Of a stretch of 64,000 nt of DNA, positions 50,693 to 63,482 are shown in pieces (the first letter of the stretch is position 1; the number at the start of each line of letters is the position of its first letter). The position numbers and the translations under genes are program-made. Under the pieces are notes generated by a model. It made no database searches, had not been told where the DNA came from, and was given only the letters and a program-made list of their open reading frames with translations. Origin of the DNA: Octopus sinensis (Eukaryota). The DNA lies in NCBI RefSeq assembly GCF_006345805.1, contig NC_042998.1:1984001-2048000 (forward strand), given 5' to 3'.

Positions 50693-50818
50693 CCCTAACT
50701 TTTGACAGCATGCATATATTTTCTTATTTGTTATGCCGTAATGTTTAGGGATAGTAAATGCACATGCATCTACTGGTTATATTCTAATTGTTACTGGTAC
50801 ATATACTGTGCTACATGT
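50693..50818 (+). ncRNA. H/ACA-like copy, lineage C
   Basis: Higher-order-repeat copy with both boxes intact. Confidence 0.7.
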
Positions 50819-51469
50819 GTTGTTTTACTTTATTCTATTGTCAGCAAGTAATATTATGACCATCTGCATTGGTTTATTCTAGAATCTCTCTTTTTTGTTC
50901 ATCATTTTTATGTCTTTTCCATGTTGTCATGATTTCAATGGAAATTTTTTCAGCAGTTTTTTCTGGTACTAACCCTTGTAGTTGCTGTCAGGAAGCTTTT
51001 TATTGCATGAATTTGTCCTATTTTGCAGACCCATGTTTGCATGGGTCCTGCAAAATTACATTGGCACAAATTTTCTACAGCTTCACCGATTTCCAAATAG
51101 ATATTTTTCTATCTCATAGTACATACAAGAATGGCTTTCATTTCTTTAATGGTGTCATACCACTTTCTATTGGGCTGCTGTATTTTTCATGCATCTGTTT
51201 GGGAAAACTGCTCTTCAAAATCTTCTCTCATTTTTGTGAGGGTTTTGGCAGCATATAAGTCAGTTATAAAATTTGTTGAAAAAACCCTGACTTTGAGAGC
51301 ATAAGGATATTGTGTTGTATAGTTTAGAGATAAGTGTAAGAGGTTGGGTCTGGCAAGTTTGAATATAAAAGAGCTAGAATATTTGAACTAGATGTCTAAT
51401 GCTAAATTACATACATACACACATACATACCACGTACTAACTGTTACTTTCTCAGATGCAGCATGGAAT

Positions 51470-51520
51470 TTTGTCAGTGAACAGGTCGTGCTCTCAGAGC
51501 GACGAAAATATTTTGGCAAA
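51470..51520 (+). ncRNA. Hammerhead G3:C8 motif
   Basis: Identical to 43127-43177. Confidence 0.7.
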
Positions 51521-51789
51521 TTAAATTTAAATGTTGAAGTGAATCTAACGGTTTTTGTGTGTTTCTTATAAACACCTTCCATGCTGCAATTGTTTTAAAA
51601 GATCATTTTGAAATAATAATTTCACCTACTAAACATTTAGATGATAAATGATATGAAATAATTTAGAAATAGTGTAGATCTGAAGTGTAAACTGATATTC
51701 ATCTGCATTGCCTTTCATTGGAAATGTACTTAAAAGATTTTGCTAAGTTTTAAACTGTTTTTCTAACAGAAGTTGAAGTTGGGGAGAAG

Positions 51790-51921
51790 CCCTGACAATG
51801 AACCATACATATATTTATATATATATGTTGTGCCGTGCGTTCAGGGACAGTAAGTGCACATGCTAGTAATCGACTGGCTATGATCTAATTGTTACTGGTA
51901 TACACTAACTGTGCTACATGT
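51790..51921 (+). ncRNA. H/ACA-like copy, lineage E
   Basis: Higher-order-repeat copy with both boxes intact. Confidence 0.75.
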
Positions 51922-53205
51922 ATGTTTATTCTGTTGCCATCAGTATTGGTTTATTATTGAATCTTCATTATTTTTCATTGTCGTCTTTTGTTTGCTTTTC
52001 TATGTTATCATGCTTCCAGTAGGTGTTTTTGGGGCAGTGTTTTGTGGTGCTAACCCCTGTAGTTGCTGTCTAAAAGCTTTATATTGCATGAATTTATCAT
52101 ACTCGTCCACGTTTTAACATCTTTTCCATGCCTGCATGGATTAGATAAAGTTCATTGTGGCAGATTTTCTACAAGGCAGGCCTGTCCAGTAATCGACACT
52201 TGCCTGTTTCCAAATATATTGCTCTTTGGCTGGACGTGTGTCAGTACATGAAAACATATGCACAAAGTTGTAAGGATATCTATGCATATAAAGCTGAGAA
52301 AGTATGTATCACTAAAACTCTAGAACTACTCAGCCGATTTCATTTAAATTTTACACATACACTGCATAGGGTCTATAGAGTGTCATGGGCTAAAATAATT
52401 TTCCACCTTCTTGCCTAATGCGAGTCTCGAGCAATCTTTTAGCCTGTTTCAGTATTATGAGTCAAAAGTGAAACAATAACATCTCTATTGTAATGTGAGA
52501 TACTAGTTTCATATCATATACATAGTGAAACTATTATCTCACATTACATATATACATACATACTTGCATACGTATACATATGTGTGTGTACATATGTATA
52601 TATATATATATATACACACACACACATATATAAAATATATGAAATATTACTATCTAAAACACCATACAGTAGGCATTTATCTTCCTAGTCCTATGCAAAA
52701 TTAGGCATTTGCCCCATGACCGTTATGAAGGACTAAGCACAATCTCTTTGTAAAATATTTTTTTTAATAATAGGGTTCATATCTTGAATGTACACAGTAT
52801 TTTCCAGAAAACATTTATTGGTCATATGTTGGAATTGGGTGTTTCACCTACATTGTTTATACAAGAAAGGCTTTCATTTCTTCAATGGCTTCATACCTTT
52901 TTCTGTTGCAGTGCTGTCTCTTCTAATTATCTTCTATGTTTGACTCTTCAACCATAATTTCCTGTTATTGTTCAAAGAGAGAAATATTTTTTAAAATTTA
53001 CTTCTGCGTTCTCTTTTTTTGTGTGTCCTGGTATCATTTATTAAAACTCTGGAATATTTATATCCTATCAGCTGCTTCCTTTGTTTGCATAAATTACTTT
53101 ACTTTCACTTTCATTACCATTACTTCAAGTCTCCTCTACAGTAAAAGAATATTTTCTCTCTCTGTTTTCAACATGCTGAAAGAAAAATACAATCAAGGAA
53201 AGAAA

Positions 53206-53323
53206 CCCTGACCTTGAGAGCATACAAATATTTTGTTATGTCGTATAGTTTAGGGATACTAAATGCACTTGCTAGTAATCTACTGGGTATATTCTAGTTG
53301 TTACTACTCACTGTGCTACATGT
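53206..53323 (+). ncRNA. H/ACA-like copy, lineage D (deletion in 3' hairpin)
   Basis: H box ATACTA 53256-53261; ACA 53318-53320. Confidence 0.7.
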
Positions 53324-53891
53324 TAGTATTACTATGTACTGATACATGTTGATTGTTTTCTTGTGGATTTTATTGCTTCTTTATTATAGTTTTTATATTG
53401 ACTAATTTCTTTTTGTAAACTTTAAATTTTTGATTTTGTTACAATACGTAGGGTGTGTAACAACAAACTAGATACTCAATGGAAAATCTTTTGAAGATGG
53501 TACTGGCATCCATGGGCCGTCTTGTGTTAGCTAATATTTTCTATTTAACTCGTAGAATATTTTCTCTAAATGAATACTTCTTTCTTTTCATTTCTTGTTT
53601 ATCCTGTGAGAGAGTCTTATAAATATATTTGATATTATGTCCTTTTAATTTTCATTTTAGTTTAAAGAAGTGGCTACTGATTTCACTAGAATATTCTTAG
53701 TCCTATGATAACTGTGAATGAAAAAACAAACTCTCTTTCATCATTAAGATATCCTTGAATGCTTCATCCGCAATATGAAGCCATCGAATGTTAATCTGGA
53801 ACTAAAATTGTCAATCATTAGAATAAGAGATTTTGCTCTTAAGTTTTCAACTTTTTCTGACAAATATTGAAATTTGGTGGGGGAGAAAAAC

Positions 53892-54017
53892 CCCTAACTT
53901 TTGACAGCATGCATATATTTTCTTATTTGTTATGCCGTAATGTTTAGGGATAGTAAATGCACATGCATCTACTGGTTATATTCTAATTGTTACTGGTACA
54001 TATACTGTGCTACATGT
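53892..54017 (+). ncRNA. H/ACA-like copy, lineage C
   Basis: Higher-order-repeat copy with both boxes intact. Confidence 0.7.
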
Positions 54018-54667
54018 GTTGTTTTATTTTATTCTATTGTCAGCAAGTAATATTATGACCATCTGCATTGGTTTATTCTAGAATCTCTTTTTTTGTTCAT
54101 CATTTTTATGTCTTTTCCATGTTGTCATGATTTCAATGGAAATTTTTTCAGCAGTTTTTTCTGGTACTAACCCTTGTAGTTGCTGTCAGGAAGCTTTTTA
54201 TTGCATGAATTTGTCCTATTTTGCAGACCCATGTTTGCATGGGTCCTGCAAAATTACATTGGCACAAATTTTCTACAGCTTCACCGATTTCCAAATAGAT
54301 ATTTTTCTATCTCATAGTACATACAAGAATGGCTTTCATTTCTTTAATGGTGTCATACCACTTTCTATTGGGCTGCTGTATTTTTCATGCATCTGTTTGG
54401 GAAAACTGCTCTTCAAAATCTTCTCTCATTTTTGTGAGGGTTTTGGCAGCATATAAGTCAGTTATAAAATTTGTTGAAAAATCCCTGACTTTGAGAGCAT
54501 AAGGATATTGTGTTGTATAGTTTAGAGATAAGTGTAAGAGGTTGGGTCTGGCAAGTTTGAATATAAAAGAGCTAGAATATTTGAACTAGATGTCTAATGC
54601 TAAATTACATACATACACACATACATACCACGTACTAACTGTTACTTTCTCAGATGCAGCATGGAAT

Positions 54668-54718
54668 TTTGTCAGTGAACAGGTCGTGCTCTCAGAGCGA
54701 CGAAAATATTTTGGCAAA
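54668..54718 (+). ncRNA. Hammerhead G3:C8 motif
   Basis: Identical to 43127-43177. Confidence 0.7.
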
Positions 54719-54986
54719 TTAAATTTAAATGTTGAAGTGAATCTAACGGTTTTGTGTGTTTCTTATAAACACCTTCCATGCTGCAATTGTTTTAAAAGAT
54801 CATTTTGAAATAATAATTTCACCTACTAAACATTTAGATGATAAATGATATGAAATAATTTAGAAATAGTGTAGATCTGAAGTGTAAACTGATATTCATC
54901 TGCATTGCCTTTCATTGGAAATGTACTTAAAAGATTTTGCTAAGTTTTAAACTGTTTTTCTAACAGAAGTTGAAGTTGGGGAGAAG

Positions 54987-55118
54987 CCCTGACAATGAAC
55001 CATACATATATTTATATATATATGTTGTGCCGTGCGTTCAGGGACAGTAAGTGCACATGCTAGTAATCGACTGGCTATGATCTAATTGTTACTGGTATAC
55101 ACTAACTGTGCTACATGT
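54987..55118 (+). ncRNA. H/ACA-like copy, lineage E
   Basis: Last higher-order-repeat copy; the array is truncated about 17 nt downstream. Confidence 0.75.
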
Positions 55119-55983
55119 ATGTTTATTCTGTTGCCAACAACTAATAATATGCCTGTCTCTCATAATCATCGTTTAATGTCTATGTTCCTTGCTGGCATTG
55201 TCTGGAGAGTTCAGCAGGGTCTGATGGATCCAAAGATGGTATCATCCACCAGTGCCTGCTTGGGCTTGGATGTCCTTCTCAACACTAACCCTGTTACAAT
55301 GTATACTGGGTGCTTTCCCACACCACAAGCAACCATGCAGCTCACAAGAGTACAAAACTTGGGCAAGAGCAGGTCTTTGTTGTAGAGGAGCTCCAATTGC
55401 TCCTCATTGAAGGGAGAGTGAGAATGAATCAGTATTTACGACAAAGCGATAGATATTGGTGATGCGGTATCCAGGTGGTACTTAGTAGGGTGAGGTGAGT
55501 GGCGATAGAGAAACTAGGTGTTTGTGTAGGGTAGCAGTTTGCAAGAGTTTGTTGGGGACAATATCTGCAAAAAATTACTTTTTAAAATCAATGTCTGCCT
55601 TATCTCGTTTTTGTGGGGGTCCTTGCATCAGTCCTCAACACTCAGAAATTTATTTACAATTTAATTTTCACGGCCAGTGTTTCAAATGTCATCTAGCATA
55701 AAATTTAAGACATTTTCCTTCAATATTTTCAACATGCCGAAAAAGAAAACATTCAAATTTACCTTAAACCCAAATCGAGTCAAATGTAGCAGAAGTCATT
55801 CACTATGAATGTGTGAGGCAGAAAAAAATTACTCAAACTGTCAAATGTTTATGTGCCAAATTGTAAAATGATGCTTGAATTGTCAATAATGAGAAATTTC
55901 CATGAAGATTTAAAAGGTTGAGCCTAGTTATGAGATTCATTGTGATGGCTTCAATGGTTAACTTATTTGAATTTTGAAAGAGA

Positions 55984-56110
55984 TCCTGACTTTGACAGCA
56001 TACACTTATTTTCTTATTTGTTCTGCCGTAGTGCTCAGGGATATTAAATGTACGTGTTAGTAATCCACTAACTTAGTTATTTACTGGTGATTACTAACTG
56101 TGCAACAATT
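55984..56110 (+). ncRNA. H/ACA-like copy, divergent lineage A
   Basis: Stems TCCTGA/TCAGGG and TGTAC/GTGCA; H box ATATTA 56041-56046; ACA 56105-56107. Confidence 0.75.
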
Positions 56111-57380
56111 ACCTTTTAGTAGGTTTCATTATATTATCTTGAGAATATTTTTATATGATCCATATATCTTGTTTCATATGGTGCAAATTTTTCATTTTTT
56201 ACATAAAAATATTTGTTAGACTAAATGTTTGGGTGTTTAAGCTTTTGTGATCCTTTATAGTATAAAAGCAAAGTAAGTTGATTTGGCATAAATCTGTTTA
56301 TTAAACCATTAGCATTTAGATTTCTTTGTCAAATGTAATGCTTATTTATTCAATTGTTCTGAATTAATCGTGCATTATCTCTTGGCTGTGAGATTTTGAC
56401 AGTGTGATTATTATTAGAATGACATTGCAGGGTCGGTGTGAGTGATTAAATCTGGTTGGTTTTAATAATTGTGGTGGATATGGCCAGATTAAATGCTAAA
56501 GGGTTGAAGTAATTTCACGAAACTGAAAACAATTGAGATGATATTTCTGCAGCCATAATACATTGTTTTGTCAATAACAGTTACAGTAATTGACTGCAAC
56601 AAAATGTTTGATTTCTTCTTTAAAATATTTGAAACATGGTACATTTCTCTCAAAAAACATCAAAATACGTTCGGATTATGTAAATATGAAAATTTGTATT
56701 TCACTATTAGTGCTTGCATTGGGTCTTTTTGGAAGAATAGTAAAAATGTAGCTTGAAATTTAACGTGATATTTTAACATTTTATGCATCCAAAGGGTAAC
56801 ATTTGCAACCCTTCATTAAAGGGCAAACCATTTGTCAGCTGACAGCATCCTACCTTTTTTTTTTTTTGAGCATGTGAAACAATTTAACTTTTCATAAAGG
56901 CATTACTGGACTTGTTGACAAGAAGCCTTTCATTGAATTACATAGGAAGTTGCATATCTCTCATTTTTACGTTTTTTAACAATTTCCCCAAGCACAAGTT
57001 GCCTTTTGATTAAAAGTGCAAACTACATTTTGATTTAAAAGCAATTATGAATATATATATAATATATCTAGCTAACACTTAATATTTTCATGTTCATTTT
57101 TCCATGAGTTTAGACATGCCTGAAGTCTAGCAAATGGCCATTCATCTCAAATCTGCCATCATCTCAAGTAATACCCAACATTGTAAGATTTTACACCACA
57201 ATTTTTTTCTCATATCCTTCCTGGTTTTTCTATGTCATAGATTTAACACTTGTGCAAGTTTTAATAAATTTTTGAAGCATATAAGCAATTTTGCCATAAT
57301 TTAAAGTATTTTGTTGGGGAGAGCTGTTGTTGCTAACTGTTTTTTAGTTCATTCAACTAAACGTCATTTCTCTGTTTTAG

Positions 57381-57481
57381 GTTTAGTAGAGGGAGCTGGT
57401 ATTGACCAAATGAGTCCAGAATCAGAAGAAGATTTTATAAAATTTGAAGAAGCATTAAAAGAAAAGATAACAACATTTGAG
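57381..57481 (+). CDS. EIF3J: eIF3 subunit J, exon 6
   Basis: ttttag| GLVEGAGIDQMSPESEEDFIKF...ITTFE |gtaata; in phase with exon 5 across a 22.3-kb intron. Confidence 0.92.
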
Positions 57482-58419
57482 GTAATATTTTCTATGGTTG
57501 TTCTTTTCCTTATATGCATAGACTTTAAAATAAGGTTAAGTAATGTTCTATTAACTGCAGTTTGATGTATAAGCAAAAAGTCTAGTTATGTTAAAACTAG
57601 ACAGTAAGGTATGTTGAGATATACTTGATGCAATCAGTATCAGTTGTATTTCTAAAATACACCGTTATGTCTCAGTTAAATTTTAAAATAATTGCATGCT
57701 TGATTTGGGTCTTTGAAACACCTTATAATGTTTTTATTTTGTGGTGTTTAAAAAAAAGGTACTTTCATGGAATTTTTGTGTGAAAAATAAAGTTAAATCC
57801 AGTGCAATGACAGTATTGAAGAATTGTGTACATAAACAGATCCATGCTCACGAAAATTAAATTGAGAGTAGGTGCACCGTGAAGGTTACAATGACATTTT
57901 AAATTAAAGAAAAATTCAACCACAAATTTAACACTAAATAAATACACTGATACACAACAAGTGTTTGATCTAGTGAAATCACTAAGAAAATAACAAGATT
58001 TACTTCAATAATCTTATATAAATATGAATAGATAAATTTTATTGAACCAGTAAAAATTTTGTAGAGATTGATAACAAAAGTTTTAAGTTCAGCACTTTAA
58101 AGTCCTGTTAACAGTGACTTTCTCAAAACAAAGCCGACGTATTGTAAACCACTGAAGAAGCAGTTATCTCATTGTTTTTAATGCCCTTCTTCCCACATTG
58201 GCATAAGTTCTACTATAGTATATCATAATGCTAATTGACTGAGTCTGATTTGCCTACTCCCTTCCATTGGGCAGGTCAACATGTCCTAGTTTTTCCTAAA
58301 TTTTTCATTTAACATTCTTGGCATATAAGCTGTTGACTAGTCAAAGTTGAAGCTGGTATTTAAAGTTAAGACAAATCAGTTAAATCTCACCTAATTCTTT
58401 TCTCTTTCTCTCTCTCCAG

Positions 58420-58477
58420 AAATCACCACACTATACAGCATTTTTAGACAAGCTATTTACAGACCTTATTATTAATG
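58420..58477 (+). CDS. EIF3J: eIF3 subunit J, exon 7
   Basis: ctccag| KSPHYTAFLDKLFTDLIIN |gtaatt. Confidence 0.9.
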
Positions 58478-58752
58478 GTAATTATAAACAATTCATTATA
58501 TTTTTCTCTTAGTGATCACAGATGTGTGCATAAAGCTATTTTTATATTGTGCTAAATTTTTGAACTCTTGTTCAGTATTTAAAAGTTAACTTTTGATGAT
58601 AGAAGTTGCATGCAACTGGACTTTTTTACCTTATTTTATTTCGTCATGTTTCAGTGTCACTAAAGCTGTGTTGTTTTTAAATATTAGATTTTAGTAGATT
58701 TGATTGTAAAATATTTTTTTAATTTTTAATTTAAAATTTTTCTTGCCATTAG

Positions 58753-58826
58753 TTGAATCTGAGGAAATTAGAAAAATTAATGCATCACTTAGCAGTATGT
58801 ACCATGAAAAACTGAAACAACAGAAG
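58753..58826 (+). CDS. EIF3J: eIF3 subunit J, exon 8
   Basis: cattag| VESEEIRKINASLSSMYHEKLKQQK |gtaaat. Confidence 0.9.
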
Positions 58827-59451
58827 GTAAATATTCGAATTTTGAATTCAATATGATTTAACTAGACTTTAGCCAACTAAAGCAGCAATGATATTTTTAG
58901 ATGTGTTAGAATTGTAGCATTAGTCTTCAAGTCACTTTGCACATTAGTACCATAATTCTAACTCCTCTAAAAATGTAGTAACGAGAGCTGTAAAGTAAAT
59001 GACTTAAATACAATGATTACTGCTTAAAACTTGCTGTTATTTGCTTTATAAATAGTGTTTTGCATAAACATTTAAAAAAAGTTTCATCAACGCTTTTACA
59101 TCTGATTTTTTCATGCTGGCATGTGTTGGATGAGATTTCTTGTGGCAGTACTATAGGTGCCCTTTCTGACGCCAACCCTTGTGTTCAAGTAAGGGACTTT
59201 ATTCTACATCTTTGTATGTCAAATGATAAATGTATCTGACTTGTTTATAGCAGGTATGGGCAACATTACCACAAGCAGTGTCATTGCAGACACTAACATA
59301 CTTACATGTATGTGTGTGTATAACCACACAGCCATGCATTTGCCTGTTATGTTATTTTCAAAATAGTAATCCCAGTTTGTCTAATAGTATTTTTTCTATA
59401 TTTTTTGAAGCAGCATTTTATTTTACTGTTTTTTTTTCCTCCTCTTTTTAG

Positions 59452-59559
59452 GAAATTGAGAAAAAGAAGAAAAAGAAAACTAAAGCATCTATAAAGTTTG
59501 GTAAAGAAAATGACTTAGATGATATACGCTATGATGATTTTGCAGAAGACTTTATGTAA
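59452..59559 (+). CDS. EIF3J: eIF3 subunit J, exon 9 (terminal)
   Basis: ttttag| EIEKKKKKKTK...YDDFAEDFM*, the typical eIF3j C-terminus. Nine exons sum to 690 nt (229 aa plus stop). Confidence 0.92.
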   Translation, partial: EIEKKKKKKTKASIKFGKENDLDDIRYDDFAEDFM

Positions 59560-61320
59560 GAAATATCTGATGTGTGGCTGCCCCTGGTCTGCTGGCTGTG
59601 GCTATAGATTGCTACTTAATAATTAATTTGATACTGTCAGCATGATAGAAAGTTTAAAACGGTGGTGGTGGTGCTTGTGGTGGTGTCTGACTTTTGTATT
59701 CTTCCACATTGGCGTCACCTTCACCGCTGTTTGATGGAGCATGCAAACTGGAACAATAAATGAAATTGTACATTTAAATAGGTGGGTTAAATAAATCACG
59801 ATGCTTTTACATGGTGGATGACATCTCAATGGCACTTAACTCATTGGTCTATCTGCCTTGGATGACTTCTCTACTGACTTTGGAACCATTTGTAAAAGAA
59901 AGAAATCAATTTACTATTATGTAGAGAATCTTAAAGAAGACCGGCTTAATGGTGCCATTGCTGACAAACATTATCTCAATTCCAGCTCTCTTAATTTCTT
60001 CCTCTTTCTTTTCCCCCTCCTCCTCCTCCTATCTCTATTATAAAAATTATTTATAATATAAATATTCTATTAATAAATATTCTCTACGTATGTTTGTTTG
60101 TTTACTTCATCAAATGTTTTGTTATGTTTGTAACAGTTTTTAATTATCTTTGCTTATCGGAGAATATTTACCCAACAAAAGTCACTATTTATTTAAAATT
60201 GCTATTTTAAAACGATTGTTGACTTTCTAGATGGTCATGGATTCAAACCGTACAGCTCGGTACATCACCTGTTACTAGCAAACCATTGCTTTGACTTAAC
60301 CTAAACAATACAACAATATCATATAACAGTGATAGTCATTTCTTTTGTTCTGTAGTTTTGATGGCCTTTAGTCCCATAATTTTCAGCACTGCAAAAAGGG
60401 TCAGTTTTTGAAGTTGGGTAATTAATTGTTTCTTCCTCCATGATCTCTGTAAGATTTCAACTCTGCACCTCTCAGATTCAACCTAAAGTGAAGTGCTGAA
60501 AAGAATTGTGAACTTTTGGTCATTAAGCTAACATACTATCAACTCAGCAAATTGCTTCTCAAAGATGCCAAATATCTGAGATTGTAACTAATTCAAAACC
60601 TGAATTTTCTTAATAATTTGATAAATTATAAGTATTAGCAATAATGTTTTAATAAAAATCTAACATCAAAAAGTGATTACCGAAAACTTTTATTGAACAC
60701 TCATTCCAAGTAGTCTATTACTATGAAAAATTAGTCATCTCCAATTACTGTTAGCTGATAATTTTTAAAGTTGATTTAGAGAGATGTATAGCATTTCTTT
60801 ACATCTGGTTTTCCAACTTCTAGAAAACTAGAAATGTTTAAGTGATGACAGGGATTTATTCATAAACCCTGTTCAGGCTTGAGTTTTTAAAATGATATAT
60901 GAAATAATCCCTGCAAAAATAAAATATTTCCCAATTTTACTGTCAAAGGATTTGACATTGTCTCAATTTGAAGAAAATTGTGAATTTGTTCAAAATATTT
61001 TTGGTTTGGTTTTGTTCAACTTTGGTTATTCAGAAATCTGAAATTAAAACATTTGCTCTTGCTATTGCTACAGAAACCCTTAGATGGGTTTTATTATTTC
61101 TTATTAAGAATGTTGTGTTGAATTGTTTTCTTTATACATGCACAGGTGTGGATGTGTGGTTAGGAAGTTCATTTCCCAACCACAAATTTTGGGGGTTCAA
61201 ACCCATTGTGCAGTGTCTTAGTGGATTTGGAAGGCAGAAACTGAAAGAAGCCTGTTGTGTGTATATATCAATATATTCTTTTATTGTTGGATTGTGTGTT
61301 CGTTTCTCTTTTTGTCATAC

Positions 61321-61652
61321 TCTTTTACTTGTTTCAGTCATTTGACTATGGCCATGCTGGAGCACCGCCTTTAGTCGAGCAATTCGACCCTGGGACTTAT
61401 TCTTTGTAAGCCCAGTACTTATTCTATCGGTCTCTTTTGCCGAACCGCAAAGTGACGGGGATGTCAAGCAATGCTAGGGGGACATATATATACGACAGGC
61501 TTCTTTCAGTTTCCGTCTACCAAATCCACTCACAAGGCATTGGTTGGCCCGGGACTATAGCAGAAGACACTTGCCCAAGATGCCATGCAGTGGGACTGAA
61601 CTCGGAACCATGTGGTTGGTTAGCAAGCTACTTACCACACAGCCACTCCTGC
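61321..61652 (-). mobile_element. tRNA-derived SINE, family 1
   Basis: Reverse-complement copy. Confidence 0.85.
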
Positions 61653-62296
61653 ACCTATTTGATTTTATTTTTGATTTTCTATATAAATGAAGATATTTCC
61701 TTCATCTGGCTGCTTTTCTCTCTACAAAACGGAAAGTTACATTGTGGAACAGTCTTTTTAACAAGTTTATTTATTTATCACCTGATAAGATACATCTGCA
61801 CCACCGGATGCTCCTGGACCAGTTGTTGAGTGTTCCAACCCAAGAGGAATCGATGCTGGATATGTTGAAACAATTGTCGTGATTAATAATAAATTCTCAT
61901 ATATTCCCATCCTCTGTCTTTCATTTGTTATATATATATATATATGTGTATATATTTCGTGTCGACAATATCTTTTTTCTCCTTACCTTGACATTGCAAT
62001 ACTTGTGAATGAGTGTTGGTGTCCTGCAAACAGTGTCATTTGTTCGAATCATCTCTGAAAACAAGCCTGGAAGTGTGTCAGCTGGCAACAAGGTTACTCA
62101 AATTAATTACCAATCATATTTAACCTCGCTCAATTGTTCTTATCCCTTATTTTAGTAGAATCTAAATAAATAAAAAAAAGTATGGAAGGTGGGTGTTGCC
62201 ACTGTTCTTTCCCTCATCCCTCCATTCTTTCAGAGTAGAAAATATTTTAAAAATTCAAAAGGTTTAACACTGTTTCAGTTGCTATAGAATTATAGT

Positions 62297-62535
62297 GAAG
62301 GCGCATGACTTAGTGGTTAGGGTATTCAGCTCACGAGTTCAATTCCTGAGGACACTTTATTTCACATTGTTCCAGTTCATTCAGCTGGCAAAAATGAATA
62401 GGTAGTACCTGTATTTCAAAGGGCCAGCCTTGTCGCACTGAATCTCCCTGAGAACTACATTAAGGGTACACGTGTCTGTGGAGTGCTCTGTTGATCGAAT
62501 CAACTGGAACCCTCGTCGTAACCGACGGAGTGCTT
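62297..62535 (+). mobile_element. tRNA-derived SINE with a related head
   Basis: GAAGGCGCATGACTTAGTGGTTAGGG...GAGTTCAATTCC. Confidence 0.65.
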
Positions 62536-62544
62536 GTTATAGAC

Positions 62545-62935
62545 AGAAACGTTAGCACACAAAGCTAAATGCTTTGCGGTATTTCGTCTGCTGCTACGTT
62601 CTGAGTTCAAATTCCCCCAAGGTCGACTTTGCCTTTCATCCTTTCGGGGTGATAAATTAAGTACCAGTTATGCACTGGGGTCGGTATAATCGACTTAATC
62701 CGTTTGTCCTCTCTGTGTTTAGCCCCTTGTGGGTAGTAAAGAAACAAGTATTTCGTCTGCCGTTACGTTCTGAGTTCAAATTTCACCGAGGTCGACTTTT
62801 GCCTGTCATCCTTTCGGGGTCGTTAAATTAAGTACCAGTTATGCACTAGGGTCGCTATAATCGACTTAATCCCTTTGTCCTTGTTTGTCCACTCTGTTTA
62901 GCTTCTTGTGGGCTATAAAAAAAATAAGAATTATA
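62545..62935 (+). mobile_element. SINE family 2, tandem pair
   Basis: Core GTCGACTTTGCCTTTCATCCTTTCGGGGTCGATAAATTAAGTACC. Other copies at about 5352-5570 (-), 11930-12140, 12166-12375, 12507-12718 (+), 14500-14697 (-) and 17779-17990 (+). Confidence 0.85.
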
Positions 62936-63482
62936 GACATCATGTTGCAGGTCTGCAAATTCAAAGTCTCTTATATACAATAGTTACCACTTTCTGTTTA
63001 TTGAGGGTTAGTCCTGAACTGAAGAGGTTTTACATTTAGAGAAAATGTCCTCAAACTTTTCTACATTGCATGTTTTAATCTCATTTCACAATTGTAACGA
63101 TAGAATTATTTCCCTTGTATTGAGGAATGACCGTTCAATGTGATAATTACAAATAAATAAAATTAGCTTTGGTATATAACTCGCATAAAGATTTGATGTA
63201 CTGAATACCGCACGCGAGAAATCCTGAGATGATTAAAATTTACCTTTCGTGTGGAAAAACAAAACGAAAACTAGCGACACTGAAAAGAGGACGAGAGAGA
63301 ATTTCAAGAAATAAGGAATTGTTCCCTGGAATGGCTTTCCTTGTATATATTTGGTGTCGAGGGACAATTATGTAAGATGTTTCACGTACAACATTCAATG
63401 AATGCATCAGCTTCAAGTGATCCAACTTAAAGCCAATGGCCCATTTAAGTTGTTTTTCCATTTTATTTCTGTAATTTAGGTG

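Larger units (their letters stand above)
40100..55135 (+). repeat. Higher-order tandem repeat: [B copy - C copy - half D copy - hammerhead element - E copy], about 5 units
   Basis: C-lineage starts at 42349, 44891, 47486, 50693 and 53892 (periods 2542, 2595, 3207, 3199). Half copies at 42941, 45482, 48078, 51285 and 54483. Confidence 0.95.
36423..56110 (+). ncRNA. Intronic cluster of paralogous box H/ACA snoRNA-like RNAs (22 complete copies, 5 half copies)
   Basis: Each copy is hairpin (CCCTRA..TYAGGG), H box (ATAGTA/ATATTA/ACAGTA/ATACTA), hairpin (GCAC..GTGC), then ACA plus 3 nt; 118-132 nt long; all on the eIF3j sense strand. Confidence 0.85.

Noticed and set aside
40363-54808. Recurrent short ORFs (MLHVCLFCCHQ..., MVYSRISLFC..., MSNAKLH...) as a tandem peptide-gene family
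   Set aside because: They arise from AT-rich spacer DNA, often with non-ATG starts, show no splice or codon signal, and are broken by 1-nt indels between units.
40100-55135. CRISPR-like repeat-spacer array
   Set aside because: Eukaryotic intron; the spacers are themselves homologous and hundreds of bases long; no cas genes.
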